64,000 nt of DNA from Octopus sinensis (GCF_006345805.1 NC_043023.1:2852001-2916000), one strand, 5' to 3'. Counted from the stretch's first letter, positions 50,628 through 64,000 are shown. Numbers and translations are program-made. Notes: a model not told the origin generated them from the letters alone.

Positions 50628-51188
50628 GGCACAGGAGTGGCTGTGTGGTAAGTAGCTTGCTTACAAACCACATGGTTCCGAGTTCAGTCCCACTGCGTGA
50701 CATCTTGGGCAAGCGTCTTCTACTATAGCCTCGGGCTGACCAAAGCCTTGTGAGTGGATTTGGTAGACAGAAACTGAAAGAAGCCCGTCGGCTGTGTAGT
50801 AAGTAGCTTGCCTACCAACCACATGGTTCTGGGTTCAGTCCCACTGCGTGGCACCTTGGGCAAGTGTCTTCTACTATAGCCTCGGGCCGACCAAAGCCTT
50901 GTGAGTGGATTTGGTAGATGGAAACTGAAAGAAGCCCGTCGTATATATGTATATATATGTATGTGCATGTGTGTATTTGTGTGTCTGTGTGTGTCCCCCT
51001 AGCATTGCTTGACAACCGATGCTGGTGTATTTACGTCACCGTCACTTAGCGGTTCGGCAAAAGAGACCAATAGAATAAGTACTGGGCTTACAAAGAATAA
51101 GTCCCGGGGTCGATTTGCTCGACTAAAGGTGGTGCTCCAACATGGCCGCAGTCAAAGGACTGAAACAAGTAAAAGAGTAAATGAGTAA
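50628..51188 (+). mobile_element. SINE family A with duplicated head
   Basis: Head segment repeated (50628-50790, 50791-50940), then body and tail. Confidence 0.88.
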
Positions 51189-52600
51189 AGTGGAAATATA
51201 CAAAAACACGTTACTTACACTATTTACATTCGACGGATATTTGTCCTCATCTTGTTTGTTATTAACAAATATCTGGCGAATGTAAATAATGTACATAATT
51301 TCTCATCTCTTAAATATAGAACTGTATACAAAAATAAACATTTTTTCATTTTAGTGTTTTGTTTCATTTTCAAAAATAAAAATTTATTTTATAATTTGTT
51401 ATTGTTTATATTTTGAATTACATAATCTTTTATGAGGGTACCAAAATCTTTTATGTGCTTAGGGCCTCGATGGGTCTTAATCCAGCCCTGATTCCGACCA
51501 TCTACCCCCACCAAGTGACTAATTTTCTCCCCCATCTACCCCCACCAAGTGACTGATTTTCTCCCCTCCATTCACATGAAAGCATGTATCTAACTCATAC
51601 ACAGTTCACTTTCCAAACATTTGTACATTACTGCATATACTTTATACACACTTTTGACAAGTTGTGGTGCACCTGAGCACTGTATACAATAATTTCACAT
51701 ATTATTATTATTGTTATTAGAAAAGTGGACCGTCTCATTGTTATAAAGTAAAGAACTGTGAGCAATTGTCAGTTCAGATTGGTAAGCAGTTCACCGTGAG
51801 CTGCGATTGAGTGTTGAGTTTCATGTAATATTAATAGTAGTGTGTCGTGTATATAATTCCTTTTCCCCCTGCTTCGTTATACTATATATCCAATCCAAGG
51901 CTATAAAAAATATATAGATATTTATATTAATAGATCCAACTTGCACAGAGTACAAATGATAGAGAAAATTGAACGGGATGAAGAAAGTTATTTCTAGGGG
52001 CTCGGAGATCCATCATAATTTTAGCAGATGTAGTTCATCATAATATGCATCATTCTGAAGACTCAACACTTAGACAAATTTGCTGGAAATGTGTTTATCA
52101 TCAGGGTGGAGAAGACCTTACATTCTGATCATAATGCAGAAAAGTTCAATGGAATATATTGTGAGAGACATCATAAAGAAGAATGGAAAATTATACATCT
52201 TCAAAATTTGTTTATTGCAGTATTATTCTCCTTAAATTCCATGTGTTTCTGCTGCCTAAATGTCCTTTGTCCTTTGATGTAGAATTTATATTTCTTTAAT
52301 TCAGTTGCAATACATATTCCTACAAGGTAGACATTCCTATGGAGCCTTTTTCAAGGTTTTACGTATGGGGTTATAATTCTCCATTCTCCTTTATGATTTC
52401 TCAATTATACGCTTTCTTATGCTGTACAAAATCCATTGAAGGGAACTCAGGATTAGCCTGTTGAGTGAAAAACGGAAATCGTTTGTCGAAATAACAATTC
52501 TGTGTGTTCCCTATCATTTGAGGTGGTTAGCCAGATCTGGATTATATCAGAAAGCTAATTAGGTACCTGCTTGGATCCAAATTGCTATTCCTTTGTGTTA

Positions 52601-52760
52601 TCTATATATATAAAACTGAGAATGTGTGTCTATCTGTCTCTCTGTCTGTGTGAATCCCTAAAACTTGAGAACTACACAACCTATTTCATTCAAATTTTAC
52701 ACATGCCTTACTTAGGGTCCATGTAGTGTCATGGGCAAAAAAAGCATTATGAGATATATC
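52601..52760 (+). mobile_element. Non-autonomous Helitron-like 5' end
   Basis: A|TCTATATATATAAAACTGAG, TGTC tract, CTTGAGAACTACACAACCTATTTCATTCAAATTTT. Confidence 0.6.
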
Positions 52761-53109
52761 TCCTTCTGTGTATATATATACTACCAAACAAATATGATTT
52801 TTATTGAACTCCTAATACTTTTTCTTGAATATTTTCTTAAATACTTTCTTGTAAACTATTTTTAACATTTTCTTATTATTACCAAAGAATGTATGCATTG
52901 TAATACTTTTGTGACAACTAGTACTTAACACAACGAAGCTCATACAAAGCTTTACATTTTACTGTTGACAATCTTTTTCTAAAAAAGTGAAGCTGGTCAA
53001 TTGAATAAACATCTTTAAAATTTCATTTTCAAAACTTTTTTCATATATATTTACACTCGTATGGTACCTTACAACTTCACTTTGTTATATATATATATAT
53101 ATACATATA

Positions 53110-53495
53110 CTCTTTTACTTGTTTCAGTCATTTGACTGTGGCCATGTTGGAGCTCTGTCTTTAGTCGAGCAAATCGACCCCATGACTTATTCTTTGTAAG
53201 CCTAGTACTTATTCTATCGGTCTCTTTTGCCAGACTGCTAAGTTACGTGGACGTAAACACACCAGCATCAGTTGTCAAGCGATGTTGGGGGAACAAACAT
53301 ACACACACACACACACACACAGACACACATATATGATGGGCTTCTTTTAGTTTCCATCTACCAAATCCTCTCACAAGGCTTTCGGCGACTTGAGGCTATA
53401 GTAGAAGACACTTTTCCAAGGTGCCACACAATAGGTCTGAACCCAGAACCATGTGTTTGGTAAGCAAGCTACTTAACACACAGCACTTCTATGCC

Positions 53496-53552
<57 letters not shown>

Positions 53553-54093
53553 TATATATATATGTATGTGTGTGAGTGTGTGTATAAGAAGCCCATTGTA
53601 TTTATTTATATATATATATATATATAAATACAATGGGCTTCTTTCAGTTTCCATCTACCAAATCCTCTCACAAGGCTTCGGCGACTTGAGGCTATAGTAG
53701 AAGACACTTTTCCAAGGTGCCACACAATAGGTCTGAACCCAGAACCATGTGTTTGGTAAGCAAGCTACTTAACACACAGCCACTTCTATGCCTGTATATA
53801 TATATTATATATATATATATTATATATATAATATATATATATATATATTATATATGTATGTGTGGTGAGTGTGTGTATAAGAAGCCCATGTATTTATTTA
53901 TATATATATATAATATATATATAATAATTAATGGGCTTCTTTCAGTTTCCATCTACCAAATCCTCTCACAAGGCTTTCGGCGACTTGAGGCTATAGTAGA
54001 AGACACTTTTCCAAGGTGCCACACAATAGGTCTGAACCCAGAACATGTGTTTGGTAAGCAAGCTACTTATTAACACACAGCCACTTCTATGCC

Positions 54094-54149
<56 letters not shown>

Positions 54150-54225
54150 TATATACATATATATATATATATATCATATATATATATATGTATGTGCTGT
54201 GAGTGTGTGTATAAGAAGCCCATTG

Positions 54226-54258
<33 letters not shown>

Positions 54259-54720
54259 ATTACAATGGGCTTCTTTCAGTTTCCATCTACCAAATCCTCT
54301 CACAAGGCTTTCGGCGACTTGAGGCTATAGTAGAAGACACTTTTCCAGGTGCCACACAATAGGTCTGAACCCAGAACCATGTGTTTGGTAAGCAAGCTAC
54401 TTAACACACAGCCACTCTATGCCTATGGTATATATATAGATATATAGTATATATAATATTATATATCTATATATATAATATATAATTATATATGTATGTG
54501 TGTGAGTGTGTGTATAAGAAGCCCATTGTATTTATTTATATATATATGATATAATTACAATGGGCTTCTTTCAGTTTCTATCTACCAAATCTGCTCACAA
54601 AGCTTTGATCAGCCCAGGGCTGTAGGAGAATGCATTTGCCCAAGGTACTGTATAGTGGGATTGAACCTGGACACACGTGTTTGGGAAGCAAGTTTCTTAT
54701 CACCCAGCTACATGTTGATG
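53110..54720 (-). repeat. SINE A followed by local tandem amplification of its 5' part (four ~300-bp units, 53336-54559)
   Basis: All four units share private variants (AAATCCTCTCAC, TTCGGCGACTTGAGG, CACAATAGGTCTGAACC). Confidence 0.9.
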
Positions 54721-55229
54721 CCATAGGAGTTTTAGAGATTTTCGAGATAACAAGAAAGGATCTTATATTGGAACTCTGGACCTCAAACCACACGCATAAA
54801 GCTATAATTAACAGCATAAAAATATTGGGGTTTAAGATCCTTGAGGATAGCAAACACAATCAAAAGCTGCCTGTGGACTTGAACTCACATATTCTGTAGA
54901 CATATCAGGCATCCTGCCAAAGATAGGTGGATAAAGAGAGCTAGACTGAGAGAGTGAGAGAGAGAGACAGACAGACAGAGTAAATTAAAAAGAGAAAGAT
55001 AAAGAAGCAAAGAAGAGAGACAGAGAGGAAAAGACCAACAGAAAGACGAAAGATAAATATGAGAATTGGTTTTGGGGTTTGAAAATGACCCTAAATTACA
55101 AAATATGTAGTCATTTTTAAATTCTGTTACAAACTTATTTGAATATCAAACCGGTTTCGACAATTTTTCATTTATACTCGTGTGTATGTATGTATGTATG
55201 TATATGCATACATATATGTATGTATGTAT

Positions 55230-55450
55230 ACAGACTATGAGATACAATGCGAGGACGTGGAACAAATATAGTATTATTGGACGCTCAGGAAAGAAAGAAA
55301 GGAAGAAGGAGGGTTTAACATTTCGAGTGGAGCTCTTTGTCAGAAACATAGGAGAAGGAAAGATTCAGAGAAGGGAAGACAGAGGAAAAAATCGCCAACG
55401 GTACACATGCGGTCACATATATATAATATATATCCTTGTTGCTTATTTTG

Positions 55451-55502
<52 letters not shown>

Positions 55503-55682
55503 AGGGAGAATTCACAAAAAAAAAACAAAGGACGAAGACAGGTGGTGTAGACAACAAAACAGATGTATTAGTATAACATTCAGGAAGTGAAAAAGTCTTT
55601 AACATTTCGAGCCTACGCTCTTCCACAGAAAGAAACACAGAAAGAAACAAGGAAAGAAAATAAAGAATGTGTAGTGGCTAGC
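55230..55682 (-). mobile_element. Two adjacent PLE-like fragments, each with a decayed hammerhead motif (55313-55347, 55597-55632)
   Basis: Homologous to 20180-20400 and 1056-1222 respectively. Confidence 0.7.
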
Positions 55683-55689
55683 AATATAT

Positions 55690-55728
55690 ATATATAGGTG
55701 GATAGATAGATAGATAAATGGATAGATG

Positions 55729-55796
<68 letters not shown>

Positions 55797-56160
55797 GATA
55801 GATAAGCAGATAGAAGATAGATAGATAGATAGGTAGATAAATGTATAGATAGATAGATAGATAGATAGATATAGGTGGATGAATGGATGGATATATAGAA
55901 TGAAAGAAAGATAGAGTGGTAGATATAGGTGGGTGGATGGGTGGCTAGATAGAATGAAAGATAGATAGACAGACAGATAGATAGACTGATAGATATAAGT
56001 GGGTGGATGGATGGATAGATAGATAGAATGAAAGATAGATAGATCGATAGATAGATAGATAGATAGATAGATATAAGTGGATGGATAGATATAGGTGGAT
56101 GGATGGATGGATGGATAGATAGATAGAATAAAAGATAGATAGACAGACAGACAGGTACAT
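55690..56160. repeat. (GATA)/(GGAT)n tetranucleotide field
   Basis: Direct inspection. Confidence 0.95.
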
Positions 56161-56514
56161 ATGTAGAAATAAATAGTTAGAAAGAGAGATAGAAAAGTAG
56201 GCGATGAAGAGTAGGAGGACACACCAAGGCACATATAAGTAGGAAGTCAGAGGTGGGTGGGTGGGTGTGAGGGAGGGGGGAGAATGCGAGCGGACTAACT
56301 TAATTAAAGCCCTTGTCTATTTCATTTGTAATTAGAAAGTCTTCGACTATGTTATTAGTAATTAGAACTTCTGAAGACTCAACACTTAGACAAATTTGCT
56401 GGAAATGTGTTCTCCCCCTTACTACATATGTGTTTGTTTGTGTGTGTATACATATATATATATTATATATACACAACACACACACATATATATATATACA
56501 ACATATATATATAT

Positions 56515-56552
<38 letters not shown>

Positions 56553-58180
56553 GTATTATATATATAAAATATATATATATATATTATATATATATATTAT
56601 ATATGTGTGGTGTGTGTATATATATATAGTGTATAATATATATGTGTGTGTATATTATATGTGTATATATAATATATGTATATATATGTGTTGTGGGTGG
56701 TGTATATATATATATGTGTATATATATATGTGTGTGTGTATATATATATGTGTATATATATATATATGTATATATATATGTGTTGTGTGTATATATATAT
56801 GTTTATATATGTGTATGTGTGTGTATATATATATGTGTATATATATGTGTGCGTATGTAAATGTATATATATGTGTGTGTATGTATATGTATATATATAT
56901 GTATGTATATAATTATATATAGATATATAGATATATATATATATATAAAAGTATATGTATGTATATATATATGTGCATGTGTATAAATAAGAATGTGTCT
57001 ATATATGGGTGTGTGTGTGTGTATGCAGGCGCGTATGACTAGATTGGTGGATGGAAGCATAGGTGGATGGTGGTGAATGGGTGGGTGTATAGATGCCTGA
57101 AGATTAAGTAGGCATTTGTCTATGATTGAAGGTAGATTAAATAGTCTTTTGAACAGGTAAATGAATTTAGAACTTCGTGTATAGCACTGTATACACTCTC
57201 CATTACATGTATGTATATATATTTGTGTGTGTGTGCATATATATATATAAGCATGTATGTATACATTTATATATATACTAATATATATATATGTATATTC
57301 CCATATATATATGCATGTATATATATGTATAAATGTATGTGTGTGTATATATATATGTGTGTGTACATGTGCATACACAGATATATATTATGTCAGTTCT
57401 CTGTTTCAATTTGAAACAATATAGGCATGTATGTATACACACTTATGTTCATTCATCTCTAATTCCCTTATTCGTTACATACATATATACATATATACAC
57501 AAACACTTACATGCATACATATATACATACATACACACACAAATTTTCCCTCTCCTTTTTTTGTATGGTTTTCTCCTCTGTCCCTTTCTGCAACACCCCA
57601 CATCTTCTCGTGTGTGTGTATAGGTGCAGGAGTGGCTGTGTGGTAAGAAGCTTGCTTCCCAACCACATGATTCCTGGTTCAGTCCCACTGTGTGGCACCT
57701 TGGGCAAGTGTCTTCTACTATAGCCTTGAGCTGACCAAAGCCTTGTGAGTGGTTTTGCTAGACGAAAACTGAAAGAAACCCATCATATATAACTATACAT
57801 ACATACATACATACATATATATATATATGTATGTGTGTGTGTGTGTGTGTGTGTTTGGAGGCGCATGGCTTAGTGGTTAGGGTGTCAGTATCATGATCAT
57901 AAGATTGTGGTTTTGATTCCTGGACCAGGCGACGGTTGTGTTCTTGAGCAAAACACTTCATTTCACGTTGTTCCAGTCCACTCAGCTGGAAAAAATTACT
58001 AACACTGCGATGGACTGGCATCTCTCTCCAACTGGGAACACACACACCATTGAAACCAGGAAACCGGGCCCATGAGCCTGGCTGGGCTTTAAAAGGGCGC
58101 ATTTAATTATTTTAAATCATGTGTATATATATATCTATATATATATATATATTATATATATATTATATATATAATAATAT

Positions 58181-58241
<61 letters not shown>

Positions 58242-58287
58242 ATATATATATATTATATATATTATATATATATATAATATAATATGT

Positions 58288-58321
<34 letters not shown>

Positions 58322-58757
58322 ATATATATATATATATATATGTATTTAACTATGTGTGTGTGTGTTTGTGTTTGTCATCACTACTGCTTGACAACTGGTG
58401 TTGGTGTGTTTACATCCCTATAACTTAACAGTTCAGTAAAAGAGATTGATAGAATAAATACTAAGCTTTTAAAAATTCTATATCAAGTGCCTTCATCCCT
58501 CCAAACAATCTTTATTAGATAGTCTGCATTTTCTACACATCTTTCCGAGTACCGGTCGGAAAACTCCACTCCCTAATCTGGATCACCTTCATTTAAAATC
58601 ATGGACTATTCTGGAAATTTCCCAGTGACAACACCTCAAAATGCAAATTGTTGCTTTACCATGAAATTCTTATCTCACAACCCACTTTGTTTGCAGATTT
58701 TCTCAAATGCACCCATACACACACGTATGTATGGTATGTATAAGCGTATGTATATAT

Positions 58758-58940
58758 TTGCTGGACCAGGTGCTGAAAATTACAGAAAGGGTCACAGCGC
58801 AACTTGCTCTCAGTTAGGATAAGCATTAACATAGATGAGATGCAGTTAGGTTTTTTGCCCCTGGAATAAGCTCTACTGATGCTATCTGCTTTATAAAGCA
58901 ACTACAAGAGAAGCATTTAGCAAAAAATAAACTGTTGTTT
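58758..58940 (+). pseudogene. RTE-clade reverse transcriptase fragment
   Basis: Frameshifted LDQVLKITERVTAQL...IDEMQLGF.PG..STDAICFIKQLQEKHLAKNK resembles the RTE RT segment (DEMQFGF.PG.STTDAIF..RQLQEK). Confidence 0.75.
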
Positions 58941-59756
58941 GAGGGTCTGACAGCCTACACTCTCTTTGAAAATCTGACAGTTCTGCTGAATTTTTTGTGC
59001 ATGGCTTGGTTACTCTTTGCAAATGTTTAATATAATGGCACCTGGAATTAAAAAGAATAATTACATTATAAATACTACACTGCTGAAAACATATTAAGAC
59101 GCTTAGATCAGAAATTTTGAAAATTAAGGGTGTCTATTTACTTCCTGCATGTCTGTGTATATATGTGTGTATGCATGTCATCATTCAGTTTTATTTCAAG
59201 ATTTCTTGCTAATAGAAAAGGAGCCAATTTCTAAACTTGTGAATTGTTAGCACACTGGGTGAAATGCTTAGCACTATTTCAACTGCAGTTACGTTCGGAG
59301 TTCAAATTCAGCTGAGGTCGACTTTGCCTTTCATCCTTTCGGGGTCAATTAAATGATACCAGTTACGCACTGGGGTCAATGTAATTGACTTAATCCCTTC
59401 CCCCAAGCTGCCTTTGTGCCAAAAATTTGAAACCATTGTTAGGTCTAACTCTAAAGAATATAATTGTCTAAAGCCAAAACAAAAACAAACACTACAAAGT
59501 AAACTGCAAAATGCAAAGAAAACAAAGTTTGTTGCGTATGTGAGCAACAAACTTCTTCTAACTCCTTCTTTTTGAATGTCCTGAAGAAGGGTTCTTCACC
59601 CCAAAATATAGAAATACAAATTAAAACTGGAACTTTGTTCTGTTGTCTTTTCATTTTGTACCTTCTCGCATTGTTCCACCTTTACACAACTACATTCTTT
59701 AAAATATGTGCATGTGTGTGTATGTGTGTGTGTGTATGCATGTATATATGCATGTG

Positions 59757-60400
59757 AGGGTGGTTAGAATGTTAGGCTCTCAATCATGAGGTAACGAGTT
59801 CAATTCCTGGACTGGGCTGTGTGTTGTGTTCTTGAGCGCGACACTTTATTTCACGGTGCTCCACTTCACACAGCTGTGGATATGAGTTGCAATGTCACGG
59901 GTGCCAAGCTGTATTGGCCCCTTTCCCTTTCCCTTGGATAACACTGGATGCATGGAGAGAAGAGGCTGGTATGCATGAGTGACTGCTGGTCTTCCATAAA
60001 CAACCTTAACTGGACTTGGGCCTCAGAGGGGAACTTTCTAGATGCAATCCCATGGTCATTCATGACCAAAGGGGGTAATTACCCTTTACCCTATATATAT
60101 ATATAATGACATGGAGAGGTGAGTCTGGTATGCATGGGTGACTGCTGGTTCCATGAACAACCTTACCTGGACTTGGGCCTCAGAGGGGAACTTTCTAGAT
60201 GCAATCCCATGGTCATTCATGACCAAAGGGGGTAATTACCCTTTACCCTATATATATATATAATGACATGCAGAGGTGAGTCTGGTATGCATGGGTGACT
60301 GCTGGTTCCATGAACAACCTTACCTGGACTTGGGCCTCAGAGGGTAACTTCCTATTTGCAATCCCATGGTCATTCACAACTGAAGGAGGTCTTTACCCTA
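59757..60400 (+). mobile_element. SINE family C with triplicated ~157-bp 3' tail
   Basis: Tail units start at 59951, 60110 and 60267, each ending TTTACCCTA(TA)n. Confidence 0.85.
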
Positions 60401-62889
60401 TGTACATGCATATACTACTGTTTTGATGTCATGTGATAGTTGCAAATGAGCATCATCAATATCTACAAAGCTGAAATGCAAAAAAGTTGTTTGATTTCTT
60501 GGTTATTTGTCTCATTTAGGGATGGGAACGGTTTTATGGGGTGGTAGATGGGGTCGGATTGGTGCCAAAATTTACACTGGGGGTAAATGGGGTGGGCAAT
60601 GGTGTGAGGAGGGTTGCAAGTCGCTCGGGGCTACCGTTCGGTTGCCAAGGTGAGGAATATGGGAAAAATTGAGTTTTATGGGATAGACAGGTTGCACTGT
60701 TTAAGTAATTATAATTAAAACCAATTTTGATGTCTTCCTGACTCAATTGTTTGGGGGTCAAAGATAAGGCTACATAAGACTTCTTTCTAATCATGGGTAA
60801 ATGTGGGTCTTTCGGGGTGGTCATTAGCATCGTGCAGCGATGGCGAGCAGTGTGAAGCGCTGCGATGCCATCAGCTATGGAGAAGATGAGGAGAAAAGAA
60901 AGAGTGGAAGAAGAGAAAGGAGAAAAAGAAGATAACAACGAAGAAAAAATTAAAAAAATAAAAACAAAAATAAGAGGGCAATATAAAGAACAAGGCAAAG
61001 AAGATGAATAAAAGAAAAAAGGGAAAAGGAGACAACATGCAAAAAATCACCACTTCCAACAAAATCCGAGGGAAGCATGGGTCAAAATAGCTAATCATCA
61101 TTATACGAGTGATGTAGATCCTTTACAATACTCCATGTAAAACATGTCAGGCCATGAGTAAACAGTACTGGGAAATAGGTGAGGGTTAGTGACAGGAAGG
61201 GCATCCAACTGTTGAAAACCTGCCTCAACAAATTCAGTCTCACCCATAGCAGCATAGACAAGTGGACATTAAAGGATAATGATGATATGCATATATGTAT
61301 TGTTATTTTTATTGTAATTTTGTATTTATATTTGTGTAACATCGTCTCTTTTTCCGTCCTTGTTTTCGTATACATTTGATGCTGTCTTCCAAGGAATCTA
61401 AAGCTCTTAGATTAGTTTTTCGTTGGGGCTGGCCAGATTGGAGCAATCTCAAGATTAATCAGCCGAAATTGTGAGGATAATCTGGTATTTGACTGAGGAA
61501 AGAAAACTTCGAATGACCCATCCTTGTCTTCTTTGTATCGTCTATCTGGATGTTGTGTTGTCCCTTTTTGTATCACCTAGCTGTCCAGATGTTTTGCATT
61601 CTTGTCCCATTTTGTATTTTACATATATATATGTATAAGTATATATATATATGTGTGTGTGTATCTGTATGTGTTTAAATATATATGTATGTATGTACAT
61701 ATATGCGTATATGTTTATGCATGCACAAAGACATACACACACACGCTGCTAATTTTTCTTGTAATATCAGTATTAAATAGCATACATTTGTAAACAAGTA
61801 TTAAGGATACGCACTTGTGGTTTGGGTTTGTGATCATATATATATATATGTGTGTGTGTGTATGTGTGTCTATCTATATGTGTATATATGTGTGTATAAG
61901 AATTTATGTATGTGCATACATGTACATTAATATATGTATATAGATGTGTATGTATGTATGTTTATATGTACATGTATATGCATATGTATAAATGTTTAAG
62001 TACACACACACACATATATATATCATCATCATCCTTGTACATATATATATATATATATATTATATATATACACTCAGATATATATATATGTATGTATGTT
62101 TATATGTACATGTATATGCATATATATGAATGTCTAAGTACATATATATATACACATATACACACAGATATATATATATATATATATATATATCTGTGTG
62201 TATATGTGTATATATATATGTCCTTAGACATATATATACCTAGATATATATATGTATTTGTATAAAATGAACGTATGTATATAGTTCTGTTTATTTGTGC
62301 ACATTTATACGTGAAGCTACAGATGCAAAAAAAAAATGCTGTTTTTAAGACTACGTATGCTGCAGCAAGTACTTGAGAATGAATACTGCAGCTAAAGCCG
62401 AATTTATCCACAAATATACAAACTAAACTGTAAGCAAGCAACAACAACAAGAACAACGAGAACAATAATATCAATTAACAAAAACACAATTAAAACGAAA
62501 CAAATACACAAAACATGTTGAGTAAATATCTTAAATTGAATTAAATTAAATTAAATTAAAAATAAAATTCAAATTGTTTATTTATTATATTTTCTTCCCC
62601 GTGAAAATTTTTTTTGCTCTCTCTTTCTCACTCTCTCTTTCTCTATCTCTCTCTCTCTTTCTCTCTCTCTGTTCAAATTTAAATTTAATTTGGGGATTAA
62701 GTGTGGTTTGAAGATTAATTCTGGGATTAAAATGCCGAATTGAAGAATACATATTTAAAATGATTGTATTAGAAGAAAAGAGAAAAGGTTATGCGAAATG
62801 AAGAATTTGTAAGTCTCTCATTCCCCCAGGATGTTCACATTTGGAAGTCTATTTTCTGAAACCGGTTTCTCTTTGTTGCACTTTAGTTA

Positions 62890-64000
62890 AACACATATAT
62901 AATAATATAATGTATGTTGAATGTGTGTGTATGTGTGTGGGATTATGTGAGTGTGTGTGTGTGTGTGTGTGTATAAATAAATATATGTTTGTGTTCATGT
63001 GTGTATGTGAATAAATATATGTGTATATAAATATATACATGTGTGTGTGTATATGAATAAATTTGTGTGTGTATGTGTGTGTCTGAATATATATATTTGT
63101 GTGGGGGCGATTATGTGAGTGTGTATATAAATAAATATGTTTGTGTGTGTGTGTGTTGTATATATGAATAAATATATGTGTATATAAATATATGTGTGGT
63201 ATGAATAAATTTGTTGTGTATGTGTGTATATGAATATATATATGTGTGGGAGGGGATTATGTGAGTGTGTGTGTGTGAGTGTATGCATGTGTATAAATAA
63301 ATATATATTTGTGTGTATATATGAATAAATATGTCTGTATAATATGATGTGTATGTGTGTGTGTGTGTGGGATTATGTGAGTGTGTGTGTGGTGTTAAAT
63401 ATATACATGTGTGTGAATATATGATAAAATTGTATGTGTGTGTATGAATATATGTGTGTGTGTGCATAAGTATGTGTGTGGGGGTGATATGTGAAAATGT
63501 GTGTGTATAAATAAATATATGTTTGTGTTCATGTGTGTATGTGAATAAATATATGTGTATATAATATATACATGTGTGTGTGTATATGAATAAATTTGTG
63601 TGTGTATGTGTGTGTCTGAATATATATATTTGTGTGGGGGCGATTATGTGAGTGTGTATATAAATAAATATGTTTGTGTGTGTATATATGAATAAATATA
63701 TGTGTATATAAATATATGTGTGTGTATATGAATAAATTTGTGTGTGTATGTGTGTATATGAATATATATATGTGTGGGAGGGGATTATGTGAGTGTGTGT
63801 GTGAGTGTATGCATGTGTATAATAAATATATATTGTGTATATATGAATAAATATGTCTGTATATAAATATATATGTGTGTGTGTGTGTGGGATTATGTGA
63901 GTGTGTGTGTGTGTGTATAAATATATACATGTGTGTGAATATATGAATAAATTTGTATGTGTGTGTATGAATATATGTGTGTGTGTGCATAATTATGTGT
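62890..64000. repeat. Compound (TG)/(TA) minisatellite with ~530-bp duplication
   Basis: AAATAAATATATGTTTGTGTTCATGTGTG block at ~62975 and ~63509. Confidence 0.88.

Noticed and set aside
51960-52290. Faint hAT-like peptide similarity (IYCERH, PLSFDVE)
   Set aside because: Requires several frameshifts; not supportable by eye.
59580-59612. CUGAAGA-A-GGG...CCC motif on the plus strand
   Set aside because: No GAAA core and no stems I or III.
61490-61520. Plus-strand CUGAGGA...CGAAUG hammerhead-like motif
   Set aside because: Lacks GAAA-GUH and a convincing stem I or III. If it proved real it would slightly weaken the strand-bias finding.
62774-62815. Possible 36-nt plus-strand exon ending at GTAAGT
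   Set aside because: Weak acceptor; a GTAAGT hexamer is expected by chance in 64 kb.

Overview
AT-rich, repeat-saturated animal DNA with no convincing host protein-coding exon. The tRNA-derived SINE families, the (TA)n/(TG)n/(ATT)n/(ACC)n seas and the transposon fossils look like an octopus (coleoid cephalopod) intron or intergenic region; that assignment is inference. Nearly all listed ORFs are translated microsatellites. The real coding remnants are transposon fossils: two R4/Dong-like RLE non-LTR fragments, three mariner fossils, a hAT C-terminus and an RTE reverse-transcriptase piece. The most striking unexplained structure is a set of type I hammerhead-ribozyme (HHR) folds of the kind carried by Penelope-like elements. 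Nine dispersed loci plus a ~21-copy, 59-bp tandem satellite (16122-17340) all lie on the minus strand. Each satellite monomer folds as a near-canonical HHR, and the array is bracketed by ~99-bp inverted repeats. Other notable items are a twin-priming-type inversion in a TAA-targeted retroposon, a 42-bp/126-bp higher-order minisatellite with a phased RFX-like half-site, a ~2-kb convergent array forming a large imperfect palindrome, and several long hairpins. Indel noise inside tandem arrays suggests under-polished long-read assembly, so copy numbers and single-base variants need read-level confirmation.
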